A program made the translations under genes and the position numbers. Under the pieces are notes generated by a model. That model was not told the DNA's origin. It worked only from the letters and a program-made list of their open reading frames with translations, and searched no databases. A stretch of 64,000 bases of DNA from an uncultured Oligoflexales bacterium (lineage in GTDB: Bacteria; Bdellovibrionota_B; Oligoflexia; Oligoflexales; CAZLMG01), in assembly GCA_964560765.1 (NCBI GenBank), contig CAZLMG010000001.1:202903-266902 (forward strand), read 5' to 3'. Shown piece after piece: positions 27,357 to 36,207 of the stretch (the first letter of the stretch is position 1; every line of letters begins with the position of its first letter).

Positions 27357-29036
27357 TTAATGGACTGATTCGCTGCTCTTGTCTAGCCAGCGACCCTTAG
27401 CACCAAACTTAGGTTTGTTGCGTGGGCTAAACTTGGCTCCAGCTGGCTTATCACCAAAGTTACGGGCTGGACGCTCGTCACGAGCACCGAAGTCACGACG
27501 TGGTCGCTCCGAGCGTTCACCGAAGCCACGGCCTGCTGGACGTTGGTTACGATCGCCAAAGCTACGGGCGGGACTCTCGTTACGATCACCAAAGTCGCGG
27601 CGCGGCGGACGAGCCGCCTGGTCGCCGAAATCGCGACGGGGGCGCTCGTTACGATCACCAAAGCTACGGGCTGGGCGCTCGTTACGATCGCCAAAGTCGC
27701 GGCGCGGCGGACGAGCCGCCTGGTCACCGAAATCGCGACGGGGTCGCTCATTACGATTGCCAAAGCTGCGGGCTGGGCGCTCGTTACGATCACCAAAGCT
27801 GCGGGCTGGGCGCTCGTTACGATCACCAAAACTACGGGCTGGACGTTCGTTACGATCACCAAAACTACGGGCTGGGCGCTCGTTACGATCACCAAAACTA
27901 CGGGCTGGACGTTCGTTACGATCACCAAAGCTACGGGCTGGACGTTCGTTACGATCACCAAAGCTACGGGCTGGGCGCTCGTTACGATCACCAAAGTCGC
28001 GGCGCGGCGGACGGGCCGCCTGGTCGCCGAAATCGCGACGGGCTGGGCGCTCGTTACGATCACCAAAACTACGGGCTGGGCGCTCGTTACGATCACCAAA
28101 GTCGCGGCGCGGCGGACGGGCCGCCTGGTCGCCGAAATCGCGACGGGCTGGGCGCTCCGAACGAACCTCTTTTGCTGCTGGGCGCTCGGCCTGAATGCGG
28201 GTGCGCTCGCTTTCGATCACTTCAGAAAAGCGCTCGGGAGTTAAAACGTCTTCTCCCTTCGTCTTGGCAGCGGCCTTGAAATAGGAACTGAGATAACTGG
28301 CATCTTCATGCTTGAGGCGCTGGGCATCTTGCGCGACGTTTTTACGCATGATGAACAGATAGTTAAATCCACGCAGGTAATAATTACCTTCGATCGCCGA
28401 AGTATGCCAATGATTGCGCTTCAGCGACTTGTTGTGGCGAGTTACCACCACAACATCGACCGGCTGAAACAAGGCCGATAGACGCAGGTACAGCTCAAAA
28501 CCGATGGGTGCAAATGGCTTGCCCTTGGCGAAGGAATCCGCCACGTACAGACCGAGGTATCCGCCGTCTTTCAAGACGCGGAAGGATTCGGCCATAACTT
28601 CTTCCAGGGACTCGTAGTAGGCCGGATCATGGGCTTCAAGCTGACCGATACATCGCGAGTCGTCCGAATACTCGATATGAGTCGAATAGGGAGGATCGAA
28701 GAAGACGAAATCCACCGTACCCGATTTCACGGGTAACGAGCGCGCATCGCCCTTGGTGATCTCTGGTCGCTGGGGCTGCAAGTCATACCCCATACCATCA
28801 CGACCCAAGTCCTTGCAGACATCCAAAGTCGTACCACTGCCGCACATGGGATCCAAAACCACATCGCCCGGCTTCGTATAGCGTTGCAACAAGTTCCAGA
28901 TCACATACGATGGAGTGACACCAGCGTAATCCTTGTCTCCCTGCTCCTTATCGCCATAGTGCTGCGAAGGAAAGTCCCAAAGGCTGGTGGTTTGCAAAAC
29001 CGGCTTCGGCTGCTTAAACGATGTCTTTTCACTCAT
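27357..29036 (-). CDS. SAM-dependent N-methyltransferase (DPPY motif) with a long C-terminal Arg-rich tandem-repeat tail
   Basis: The N-terminal ~270 aa carry motif I VLDPMCGSGTT followed by motif IV FVFFDPPYS. The C-terminal ~290 aa is about 20 copies of (R/S)(D)FGDRNERPA and FGDQAARPPRRD units. Confidence 0.8.
   Translation of the reverse strand: MSEKTSFKQPKPVLQTTSLWDFPSQHYGDKEQGDKDYAGVTPSYVIWNLLQRYTKPGDVVLDPMCGSGTTLDVCKDLGRDGMGYDLQPQRPEITKGDARSLPVKSGTVDFVFFDPPYSTHIEYSDDSRCIGQLEAHDPAYYESLEEVMAESFRVLKDGGYLGLYVADSFAKGKPFAPIGFELYLRLSALFQPVDVVVVTRHNKSLKRNHWHTSAIEGNYYLRGFNYLFIMRKNVAQDAQRLKHEDASYLSSYFKAAAKTKGEDVLTPERFSEVIESERTRIQAERPAAKEVRSERPARRDFGDQAARPPRRDFGDRNERPARSFGDRNERPARRDFGDQAARPPRRDFGDRNERPARSFGDRNERPARSFGDRNERPARSFGDRNERPARSFGDRNERPARSFGDRNERPARSFGDRNERPARSFGNRNERPRRDFGDQAARPPRRDFGDRNERPARSFGDRNERPRRDFGDQAARPPRRDFGDRNESPARSFGDRNQRPAGRGFGERSERPRRDFGARDERPARNFGDKPAGAKFSPRNKPKFGAKGRWLDKSSESVH
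27480..28170. repeat. imperfect tandem repeat with a 33-bp period, lying inside the methyltransferase coding region
   Basis: cgttacgatcaccaaa recurs at 27782, 27815, 27848, 27881, 27914, 27947 and 27980, exactly 33 nt apart. A longer unit, gtcgcggcgcggcggacg.gccgcctggtc.ccgaaatcgcgacgg, recurs four times. All six frames stay open across it. Confidence 0.9.
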
Positions 29037-29039
29037 GGC

Positions 29040-29756
29040 CTATTCCTCCGTATGATTAGCCATGGGCAGGTTCAAAACGTCCTGCCAATACTCGGGCACT
29101 GGAGCCCCCATGACTTGTTTTTCTTGACCGACCGGATGTTGAAACGAAATCTCGCGCGCATGCAGCGCGATGCGTCCGCCCCAGGTTTCCGGTGCTCCAT
29201 ACTTCACATCACCCCAGATTGGACACCCCAAGGCCGCCAACTGCACGCGGATTTGATGGCTACGTCCCGTCTCGGGCATCACCTCTAACAATGTCAAACC
29301 AGGCTTGGCACCCGGAATTACTCGATAAGATAGACGGCACAGCTTGCCATCGGAATCACCCGGCCGTACAACCCGCGATAGGTTGTTGACTTCGTCTTTG
29401 GCAACCCAGTCTTCGCAAGTGGCCGACGCCAAATCCGGCCGACCACAGACGACAGCCCAATAGGTCTTTCGAACTTGCCGACCACGAAACTGCGCGTTGA
29501 GACGCGAAGCGGCTTTGCTAGAAAGTGCGAACAAAATCACACCGGATACCGGTCGATCGAGAAAGTGAATCGGGACGCAATATCCCTTGCGCCCGGACTC
29601 TTGCCGCGCTCCGTTCCAAGAGCGGACTGAATCCAATAACGTATCGTCATCACTGGAGTCTTTGGCCACAGGACAACGCGCCGGTTTATTCACCGCAAGT
29701 ACATGCCGGTCGTTGTACAAGACCTCTAAATTCACAAAGAGCCTCCGAGCGGCCAC
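29040..29756 (-). CDS. RluA-family pseudouridine synthase
   Basis: HFLDRPVSGVILFA contains the catalytic-Asp motif, and GRSHQIRVQLAALGCPIWGDVKYG also matches the family. It ends 3 nt before the methyltransferase start. Confidence 0.9.
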   Translation of the reverse strand: MAARRLFVNLEVLYNDRHVLAVNKPARCPVAKDSSDDDTLLDSVRSWNGARQESGRKGYCVPIHFLDRPVSGVILFALSSKAASRLNAQFRGRQVRKTYWAVVCGRPDLASATCEDWVAKDEVNNLSRVVRPGDSDGKLCRLSYRVIPGAKPGLTLLEVMPETGRSHQIRVQLAALGCPIWGDVKYGAPETWGGRIALHAREISFQHPVGQEKQVMGAPVPEYWQDVLNLPMANHTEE

Positions 29757-29893
29757 AGCTATATCACGGAATCAATAGAAGTCACGCAATTCTTATAAAA
29801 GGCATAAAAATCTTTTTGATCGTGGACCGCCATCCTGTCTTGTCATTCGATCCTGTTTCGTGAACAATGAGCGATAACCGGGGGGCTTCGATA

Positions 29894-30346
29894 ATGAATC
29901 GTTTTATCTCATCATTACGAATAGTTGTGATTTTGATGGGTGGACTGCTGGGTAGCGCAAGAGCCAACTCTGTAGAGGTAAGGGTCGACGCCGACAAAGT
30001 ACTTTGCCGCCAATCTAGCGAAAGGCCGGGCGCGAGTCGATTTCAGATATCAATCATCGACCGGACCCCCAGCATTTTCCATCGTACCTTGACCTACGAT
30101 CTCTATTTTAAGCGCAGCTTCGCCTACCCGCCCTATGCAGCGGACATGTCGTGGCGAACAACAATTTCCCGCGCCGAAGCCGAGCGTAAGGTGAAGGACT
30201 TGGCCATCGACGATAGCACAGCCCTGCATGTGCACACGGTCAACGGTCGATGGCGAGTGAATGTAACGGTCGATGGTGAGCATCCGCGCGTCGCAGAGTT
30301 TTCTGTCTGGGACGGCGTGGAACTACAGTGCAACGGTACCCCCTAA
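29894..30346 (+). CDS. hypothetical exported protein
   Basis: An internal ATG at 29894 gives MNRFISSLRIVVILMGGLLGSARA, a signal peptide. No domain recognised. Confidence 0.5.
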   Translation: MNRFISSLRIVVILMGGLLGSARANSVEVRVDADKVLCRQSSERPGASRFQISIIDRTPSIFHRTLTYDLYFKRSFAYPPYAADMSWRTTISRAEAERKVKDLAIDDSTALHVHTVNGRWRVNVTVDGEHPRVAEFSVWDGVELQCNGTP

Positions 30347-30395
30347 CGCCATAGATTGGAAGTAGCCGGCTTCCCAGCGCCGGTGCTGATGCAAA

Positions 30396-30989
30396 ATGAA
30401 CTATATAGCCAACCACCTGCCATTACGCTGTGCAACCAGTCCGGAATGGCTGCCGGTCGTATTGGCCGACTTCAATGTTTTCCTCGCGGATCATGCCGAA
30501 TGCGAACGCAAAGCCGCCATGTCTGCCTTGTCGTTTATCGCGAGGTTTGCCGATCGTCCGGCCCTCGTGGAGCCCATGATTGCCCTAGCACGGGAAGAGC
30601 TGGCGCATTTCCATGAGGTGTGCAAATTGCTGGCGCGGCGCGGAGTACCACTTGCCGTCAATCAAAAGAATCCCTACGTAGAACGCCTACGCACCCATGT
30701 CCGCCATCCACTTGATGAGTTTTACCTGGATCGACTCATCGTCTCGGCGTTAATCGAAGCAAGAAGCTGCGAGCGCTTTGCCATTTTGTCGGCAGGACTA
30801 CCCGCTGATCATGAGTTAACGGGATTTTATGCCCGTTTGGCGCGAGAAGAGGCTGGACACTACCGGGTTTTCCTGCGGCAAGCACAACACGCCTACGAAG
30901 AGGAGTTAGTGCAGCGTCGGTTGGACGAGATGCTGGATCGCGAGGCAGATATCATACGTAGCTTGCCGCCTCGCCCAGCCATGCATTGA
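30396..30989 (+). CDS. miaE: tRNA-(ms2io6A37)-hydroxylase MiaE (di-iron)
   Basis: N-terminal LRCATSPEWLPVVLADFNVFLADHAECERKAA plus ExxH di-iron motifs (REELAHF, REEAGHY). About 197 aa. Confidence 0.85.
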   Translation: MNYIANHLPLRCATSPEWLPVVLADFNVFLADHAECERKAAMSALSFIARFADRPALVEPMIALAREELAHFHEVCKLLARRGVPLAVNQKNPYVERLRTHVRHPLDEFYLDRLIVSALIEARSCERFAILSAGLPADHELTGFYARLAREEAGHYRVFLRQAQHAYEEELVQRRLDEMLDREADIIRSLPPRPAMH

Positions 30990-31253
30990 CTATTCGTGTT
31001 CAACGCGCGGTAAAGGTATCCGCCCGGCGGACTTCTGCTGATTGGGCCGGCGCTGCGCTTGCGCCTGTGCAGCTGCGACACGATCACCAGCCTGCTTCAA
31101 TGTTCTACTTGTCATCAGCAGCTCAAACAGCTCTTCATTCAATCGTTGTAACGCCTCTTCAGAGTAAAACGCGCCGTACTTGGACGGTTGCCCATGCCGA
31201 CGAACAATCTCATCCAGGGCTGCTTTAGTCGCAATTTCAAACGGACCGGCCAT
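30990..31253 (-). CDS. small hypothetical protein
   Basis: 87-aa ORF convergent with miaE. Composition is plausible but no motif was found. Confidence 0.35.
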   Translation of the reverse strand: MAGPFEIATKAALDEIVRRHGQPSKYGAFYSEEALQRLNEELFELLMTSRTLKQAGDRVAAAQAQAQRRPNQQKSAGRIPLPRVEHE

Positions 31254-31388
31254 CTCGACCCTCGTATTTATGAAGTCTTGGTTAACGACGATGATTCACT
31301 TCAATTATCCCACGAAATCAGCCATCATGCCACCTTGGGTCCAACGACGGACAGCTCGCAAAGTCACTCTTGATAGGGAATTCAGCCG

Positions 31389-33023
31389 ATGACCCAACTC
31401 AGTACGCGCCGCGAATTTCTTGAATTTCTTGGGGTAAATGTTGCCGCCTTGGCCGGTTCCTGCTCCCCGACGGCGTTGGGCAGCGGCTTGGCAATTCTCA
31501 GTTCCGCCTGCGCATCCAATCATCCGACATATGGAATCAGCGATCTGCATGACTTGACGCCGCTACCGCCCGCACGCATCGACGACTTTGTGCTATCTCC
31601 CGGCCTGCGGTCCCACGTCGTCATCTCCTGGAACGATCCTCTGAATCGCCGCGGCGATCGCTTTGGCTACAATAATGACTTTCTAGCGACCGTGCCCGTT
31701 AGCGCTGGCGACAACAACGATCTCATACTCTGATCGAATCACGAGTATCCTCATTCCCTTTTCGTTTCCGGATTTAGCGGCGAGGGTCGTCCGACTCGCG
31801 AACAAGTTGTTGAAGAAATGAAGTCCGTCGGTGGTTCCCTCGTGCGCATTCGGCGACCAGACATCGGAGCCAACTGGGCGCCTGTGTTTGACGATCCCTT
31901 CAATCGAAGGATCGACGCACGAACGCCGATCCCATTTGCGGGCGGGGTGAGTGTCGGCGGCTCCGATCATAGCATTGGCACCGTCGCCAACTGCGCCGGA
32001 GGCATGACGCCTTGGGGAAATGTTCTCACGTGTGAAGAGAACTATGACGAATTCTATGGCGAAGCGATTTACTCAAAAGAGGGGCGCCGCGAAGTCAAAC
32101 CGTCTATCAGCGAATTGGGTTGGAGTCGCTATTTTCCCTATGCGCCAGAACATTATGGCTGGGTCGTCGAAGTGAATCCGCGAACAGGTACGGCGCAAAA
32201 GCACACCAGCATGGGACGATTTGCTCATGAAGGCGCGACGGTTACCTTTGCGAAAGATGGTAACTGCGTCGTTTACTCGGCTGACGATGCGAATGATCGC
32301 TGCTTTTACAAGTTCATCAGTTCGCGGCCCGGATCCCTCGAAGTCGGCACCTTATATGTTGCTGACCTCGATCACGGCGTCTGGCGCCCGCTGGTGCGTG
32401 ATCAGTATCAAGTTTTGCGAAAGCGCTTTCGCTCGCAGCTCGATGTCCTGATTCGCGCCCGCGAGTCTGCCCCCATGATCGGGGGTACGGCACTCGATCG
32501 GCCCGAAGGTGTTGCCATCAATCCACGCAACGGCGATGTGCTGGTGGCCCTAACGAATAACAAGCCAAAGGGAAATTTGTTCGGTTCCATCTTGCGGATT
32601 TGCGAAGAGAATGGTGATCATGCCTCCACGCGATTTACCCACAGCACCGTACTAACTGGTGGACCTGATGTGGCCATGGCTTGCCCAGACAACATCTGCT
32701 TTGATCGCAACGGGCGACTCTGGGTGGCCACCGACATGTCGAAGTCTGATATCGGTACGGCCGCATTTGCTGCCTTCGGTAACAATGGACTATTTGTTGT
32801 GCAGGTGGACGGCGACCGAGCGGGATATCCATTGCGCGTGGCAACAGCACCGCATGATGCCGAGTTGACAGGTCCGTGCTTTACGGCTGATGGCAGCACC
32901 TTGTTCTTAGCTGTACAACACCCCGGCGAAGCGACGAAGCGACTCTCGGCACCGACGAGTCGTTGGAATTTAGATGCAGACGGACGGCCGCGACCAGCCG
33001 TTGTGGCCATTGAAAATAGGTAG
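31389..33023 (+). pseudogene. phoX: Tat-exported PhoX-type (DUF839, beta-propeller) alkaline phosphatase interrupted by one in-frame TGA
   Basis: ORFs 31389..31733 and 31818..33023 are in the same frame. The only interruption is TGA at 31731-31733 (..NNDLIL*SNHEYPHSLF..). The N-terminus has the Tat motif TRREFLEFLG, and NHEY plus the overall pattern fit PhoX. Confidence 0.65.
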
Positions 33024-33118
33024 CGAACTCGTCGCATGTGAAATGCCCTTTAGCCCACAAAGAAATGATGCAGCCATCTTGAGGTCCCGGCTTTCGCGTT
33101 CTGGGCTATCCCGAACGC

Positions 33119-34198
33119 CTAGAGGCTGGTGCGCTCACTAACATGGCCTCCGGCCACGGCCGCCCAAGATGCAGGCCAGCGCCCAGCCATCAGATCGGCG
33201 ATTCCCCGCAACTGCGGCACCGACATCAACGCGACGCGAATGACCACCGTCAACGGTGCGGCCAGAATCATTCCAGAAACACCCCAAATCAAGCCCCAGA
33301 AAATCAGAGCGAACATGACGGTCACGGGATGCAGATCCAGACTCTCGCCCGTAAAGAGCGGTTCCAGCACATTGCCGACAAGAAACTGCACCGCGCCAGG
33401 CCCAGCGATCGCCGCGACCACTGGCATGACGCTCTCGTATTGCAGCAGAGCAATGGGCAGCGGCAACAACGTGGCGATCATCGAGCCAATGTTGGGAATG
33501 AAGTTCAAGACGAAGGCCAGCAGCCCAAAGGTAAATGCCATCTCCAAATTCAGCATCCACAGGATCAAGCCGGTCAAGGTACCGGTAATTGTCGATGCTA
33601 TTGTTTTCACAAAGAGATAACTGCGAATCTGCGACTGCATGGTCGCCACCGCTGAATCCGGCGCCAGTCGTGTTTTACGCCCCGACAAAAGGAAGACCAC
33701 AAAGATGGCCACGAGAATGAAGTCGCCCGCAAAATTCATGGTCGCCCCGGCGGCGCCACGCAGCATGGAAAACAGAGGCAGGCTACTCAGCGTCTCACGC
33801 ATATCTTCGACGCCATAAGAGCGGAGATCGATACCTAAGCGGCCAATCTCGGCGATCATCATTTCAGCCAAGTTCGTAAGCCGATCACGATAGAGCTGCA
33901 AGTTATCCATCATCGATCGCACATTGGCGCCAATCACCAAGACAATGATGCCAAGCAGGCTGCCAATGCCAAGAGCCACCAGCAACAGGGCTAAAGCCCG
34001 TGGCAAACGCAGTCGTTGCTCGAGAAAACTGACAGCCGGACTCACAATAACGGTAATAAACACGGCTAGAACGAAGGGCACCATGACGGCACGCGTATAC
34101 ACCAGGGCACCGGCAGCAGCAACGGCGGCTAGTATCACCAGGCAAGTGATGATTAACCAATTGTCCGACCTGGATTCTGCCTTCGTCAGTTCGACCAT
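33119..34198 (-). CDS. AI-2E family transporter (PerM/UPF0118)
   Basis: Polytopic membrane protein with the characteristic FVLNFIPNIGSMIATLLPLPIALL segment. 359 aa. Confidence 0.85.
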   Translation of the reverse strand: MVELTKAESRSDNWLIITCLVILAAVAAAGALVYTRAVMVPFVLAVFITVIVSPAVSFLEQRLRLPRALALLLVALGIGSLLGIIVLVIGANVRSMMDNLQLYRDRLTNLAEMMIAEIGRLGIDLRSYGVEDMRETLSSLPLFSMLRGAAGATMNFAGDFILVAIFVVFLLSGRKTRLAPDSAVATMQSQIRSYLFVKTIASTITGTLTGLILWMLNLEMAFTFGLLAFVLNFIPNIGSMIATLLPLPIALLQYESVMPVVAAIAGPGAVQFLVGNVLEPLFTGESLDLHPVTVMFALIFWGLIWGVSGMILAAPLTVVIRVALMSVPQLRGIADLMAGRWPASWAAVAGGHVSERTSL

Positions 34199-34454
34199 GA
34201 TGATATGCCCTCGTCTTCAATGATGGACCTGATTATCCAATTGACGCAGGAGAATAACAAGCGAACATGGATGAAACTGGCTGCATCCTCCCTGCCCGCG
34301 CGGGGGACATACCTGTGTTCTTCTGGCCGCACCTCACCTTGCACTTATTGCCAAAAAGCTTAGGAAATTCAGCGCCATCATCGCGGCACACATGTTGCTC
34401 AGCCGGGGTAAGGCGTGTGAATGAACACACCCAATACTCGTAGAGGTCCACAAA

Positions 34455-35069
34455 ATGAATTCCCCCAAGCACCTCCTTTACTTCTTCATGACCACGATCA
34501 TGCTATCGGCGACCCCGGCCATGGGCAGCGACAACGGTGCCGATGACGTCTCCACAATCAACGGTCAACTGGTCCAGGTCGGCGATCACAATAAGTACCG
34601 CTACAAGTATCCAAGATGGAATATAGCGACGAACCCGTTCTCGATGATCATGGGAACCTACAGTTTGTCGGCGAGCTATGCCGTACATCCGAATATCGCG
34701 GTGCGAGCGGACGTCAGCTACTCCGATGGCTTCGATGGCAGCGCGCAAGGCCTCGAGTCCGGCATCAGCGCTCCGATTTTCTTCCGCAAAGTTTATGACG
34801 ATTGGTTTATCGAACCAGGCCTCATGTTCCAGCGTCAAGAGTACACGCTCGTTGAGTATGATGACGCTGGCAACCGCCTGGAATCATCGAGCAAGGAGCA
34901 GGCCTTTGGCCCACTCGTCTCTCTCGGCCATCAGTGGATGTGGGACAGTGGCCTGAACATAGCTTGGGGCCTGGGCGTTGGACGCAACTGGGCGGCGAGC
35001 CGGGACAAGGACGAGCACGACAATCGTCTATTCAACGCTGGATATCTTCGCTTCGGGTACGCATTCTGA
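34455..35069 (+). CDS. small outer-membrane beta-barrel protein
   Basis: Signal peptide, alternating amphipathic strands, and the C-terminal YLRFGYAF (terminal Phe, an OMP sorting signature). Confidence 0.65.
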   Translation: MNSPKHLLYFFMTTIMLSATPAMGSDNGADDVSTINGQLVQVGDHNKYRYKYPRWNIATNPFSMIMGTYSLSASYAVHPNIAVRADVSYSDGFDGSAQGLESGISAPIFFRKVYDDWFIEPGLMFQRQEYTLVEYDDAGNRLESSSKEQAFGPLVSLGHQWMWDSGLNIAWGLGVGRNWAASRDKDEHDNRLFNAGYLRFGYAF

Positions 35070-35121
35070 TTCGCTTGACGGCGAGTTACCCTGATATGGA
35101 TCGGTTACTGGGAATTGCTAA

Positions 35122-35183
35122 CTACCGGCGCCGCAGGTGCCGCCGGTAGATGATCGTCTCCCGCTGAAAGCCGCGCTTTCGGC
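35122..35183 (+). terminator. two consecutive GC-rich hairpins downstream of the OMP gene; terminator-like but with no U-tract
   Basis: ctaccggcg-N10-cgccggtag at 35122-35149, and gctgaaagc-cgc-gctttcggc at 35163-35183 (one G-U pair). Confidence 0.3.
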
Positions 35184-35525
35184 AGCCCAGCGTAGGAACT
35201 TCAGGGGCTTGGGAGGCGGGGCTTTCCGCACCATTCCGGCCTCTTCCCCCATGCAGAAACATCAATGACTCCAGTCAAATATAGCGAAACCGTGCGCAAG
35301 TTCGCGCCACTTTCCGTCAACATGATCCGGCAGTCGTCGCATTCCCAAATAGTTATCCATAGTTAAATCAGATTTAAGATAAGGCGTCAGGCGCAGTATC
35401 AAACCTGAGTCAGCCTCGTTTCCCTACCTACGCTGCAATGCAGTCGCGCGGGATTCTGCAATAACCATTTAATTACAATAAATTATAGATCACGAGCGGC
35501 CGTTGGGTCCCCATTCCTTCCGCGA

Positions 35526-35541
35526 TGGCACAGCATATGCA
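35526..35541 (+). promoter_or_regulatory. candidate sigma-54 (-24/-12) promoter
   Basis: TGGCAC-agcat-ATGCA against the consensus TGGCAC-N5-TTGCA, with correct GG-N10-GC spacing. It is intergenic, 25-67 nt upstream of the possible start codons of the pilin-like gene. CTGCAAT occurs twice (35433, 35456) about 70-90 nt upstream, with an AT-rich tract between. Confidence 0.45.
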
Positions 35542-35607
35542 TCGTAGGCCATATACCCCTAGAGAATGCAGGCTCAAGAACGAGCCTTGAGCAAAATGAG
35601 GCAAGTA

Positions 35608-36159
35608 ATGCGTTCCACCGCCAAGGCATGGCTGAAGGATCTCAAGGATGCGATCACAGGGCAAAGGGATTTGCCCAAACGCACGGGTGAAGCCGGGTAT
35701 GGAATGGTCGGGGCGATGATGACCATCGGCCTCATCGGCATGGCTTACACCTTCAATACCACCACCATGGTGAACCAAATGAAGTTCAGTGCCCACATTG
35801 AAGTGGGTCAGGACTTTGAAGCGCTGCGCAACTATGTGCGCGGTCGTTTCGATTGCGCGCAGACCAAGGCCATGACTCCGCCTGCATGCTCGTCCAGCGT
35901 TCAGGCGAACATATCCCTGCACCAAGGCGACGGAGCCATGTTCATCAGCGGCGACACGAGCTCCACCAGCAACAAACTCGGACAGTATCAACTGCATGCT
36001 GTTTGCTTCGGCCCCTCCACTACCCTGACGGGAAAAACCGTCAAAGTCATGGCGCGCCGAGTCACGCCCGATGGCAGTCTCGCCAAGGATCCTCTAACGG
36101 GTGCTACCCTCGATTGGCAGGATCTTTTTGCCGCTGTGCCGCTGGCTTGTGGCTGGTAA
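35608..36159 (+). CDS. pilin-like small exported protein (paralog B)
   Basis: The ORF track starts at 35566. ATG 35608 has GAGG 7 nt upstream. It has EAGYGMVGAMMTIGLIGMAYTF as a hydrophobic helix, two Cys pairs, and the C-terminal DPLTGATLDWQDLFAAVPLACGW, which aligns with paralog A. Confidence 0.5.
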   Translation: MRSTAKAWLKDLKDAITGQRDLPKRTGEAGYGMVGAMMTIGLIGMAYTFNTTTMVNQMKFSAHIEVGQDFEALRNYVRGRFDCAQTKAMTPPACSSSVQANISLHQGDGAMFISGDTSSTSNKLGQYQLHAVCFGPSTTLTGKTVKVMARRVTPDGSLAKDPLTGATLDWQDLFAAVPLACGW

Positions 36160-36207
36160 CTGAATTCCACTTGCGGCCTGAGGCTGAGCTGCGGTAACCC
36201 TGCCCGC

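Noticed and set aside
27480-28170. A regular ~33-bp repeat that could be mistaken for a CRISPR array.
   Set aside because: The repeats are directly tandem with no unique spacers. They lie inside a coding frame where they encode an 11-residue peptide repeat. No cas genes are present.
27379-28279. Four long alternative-frame ORFs (27379..28194 +, 27500..28279 +, 27543..28244 +, 27383..28099 -) with striking repetitive translations.
   Set aside because: They are by-products of the 33-bp tandem repeat, which keeps every frame open. Only the minus-strand frame 27357..29036 is continuous with a recognisable methyltransferase domain.
27357-29036. A DPPY methyltransferase as part of a restriction-modification or other defence system.
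   Set aside because: There is no endonuclease, specificity subunit or helicase gene adjacent. The neighbours are a pseudouridine synthase and a THUMP RNA methyltransferase, which favours RNA modification.
31731-31733. The in-frame TGA in phoX as selenocysteine or as a Trp codon (alternative genetic code).
   Set aside because: Many well-supported genes in the window terminate at TGA, for example 19799-19801, 47065-47067 and 38703-38705, so the code is standard. I see no convincing SECIS-like hairpin just downstream, and PhoX is not a known selenoprotein.
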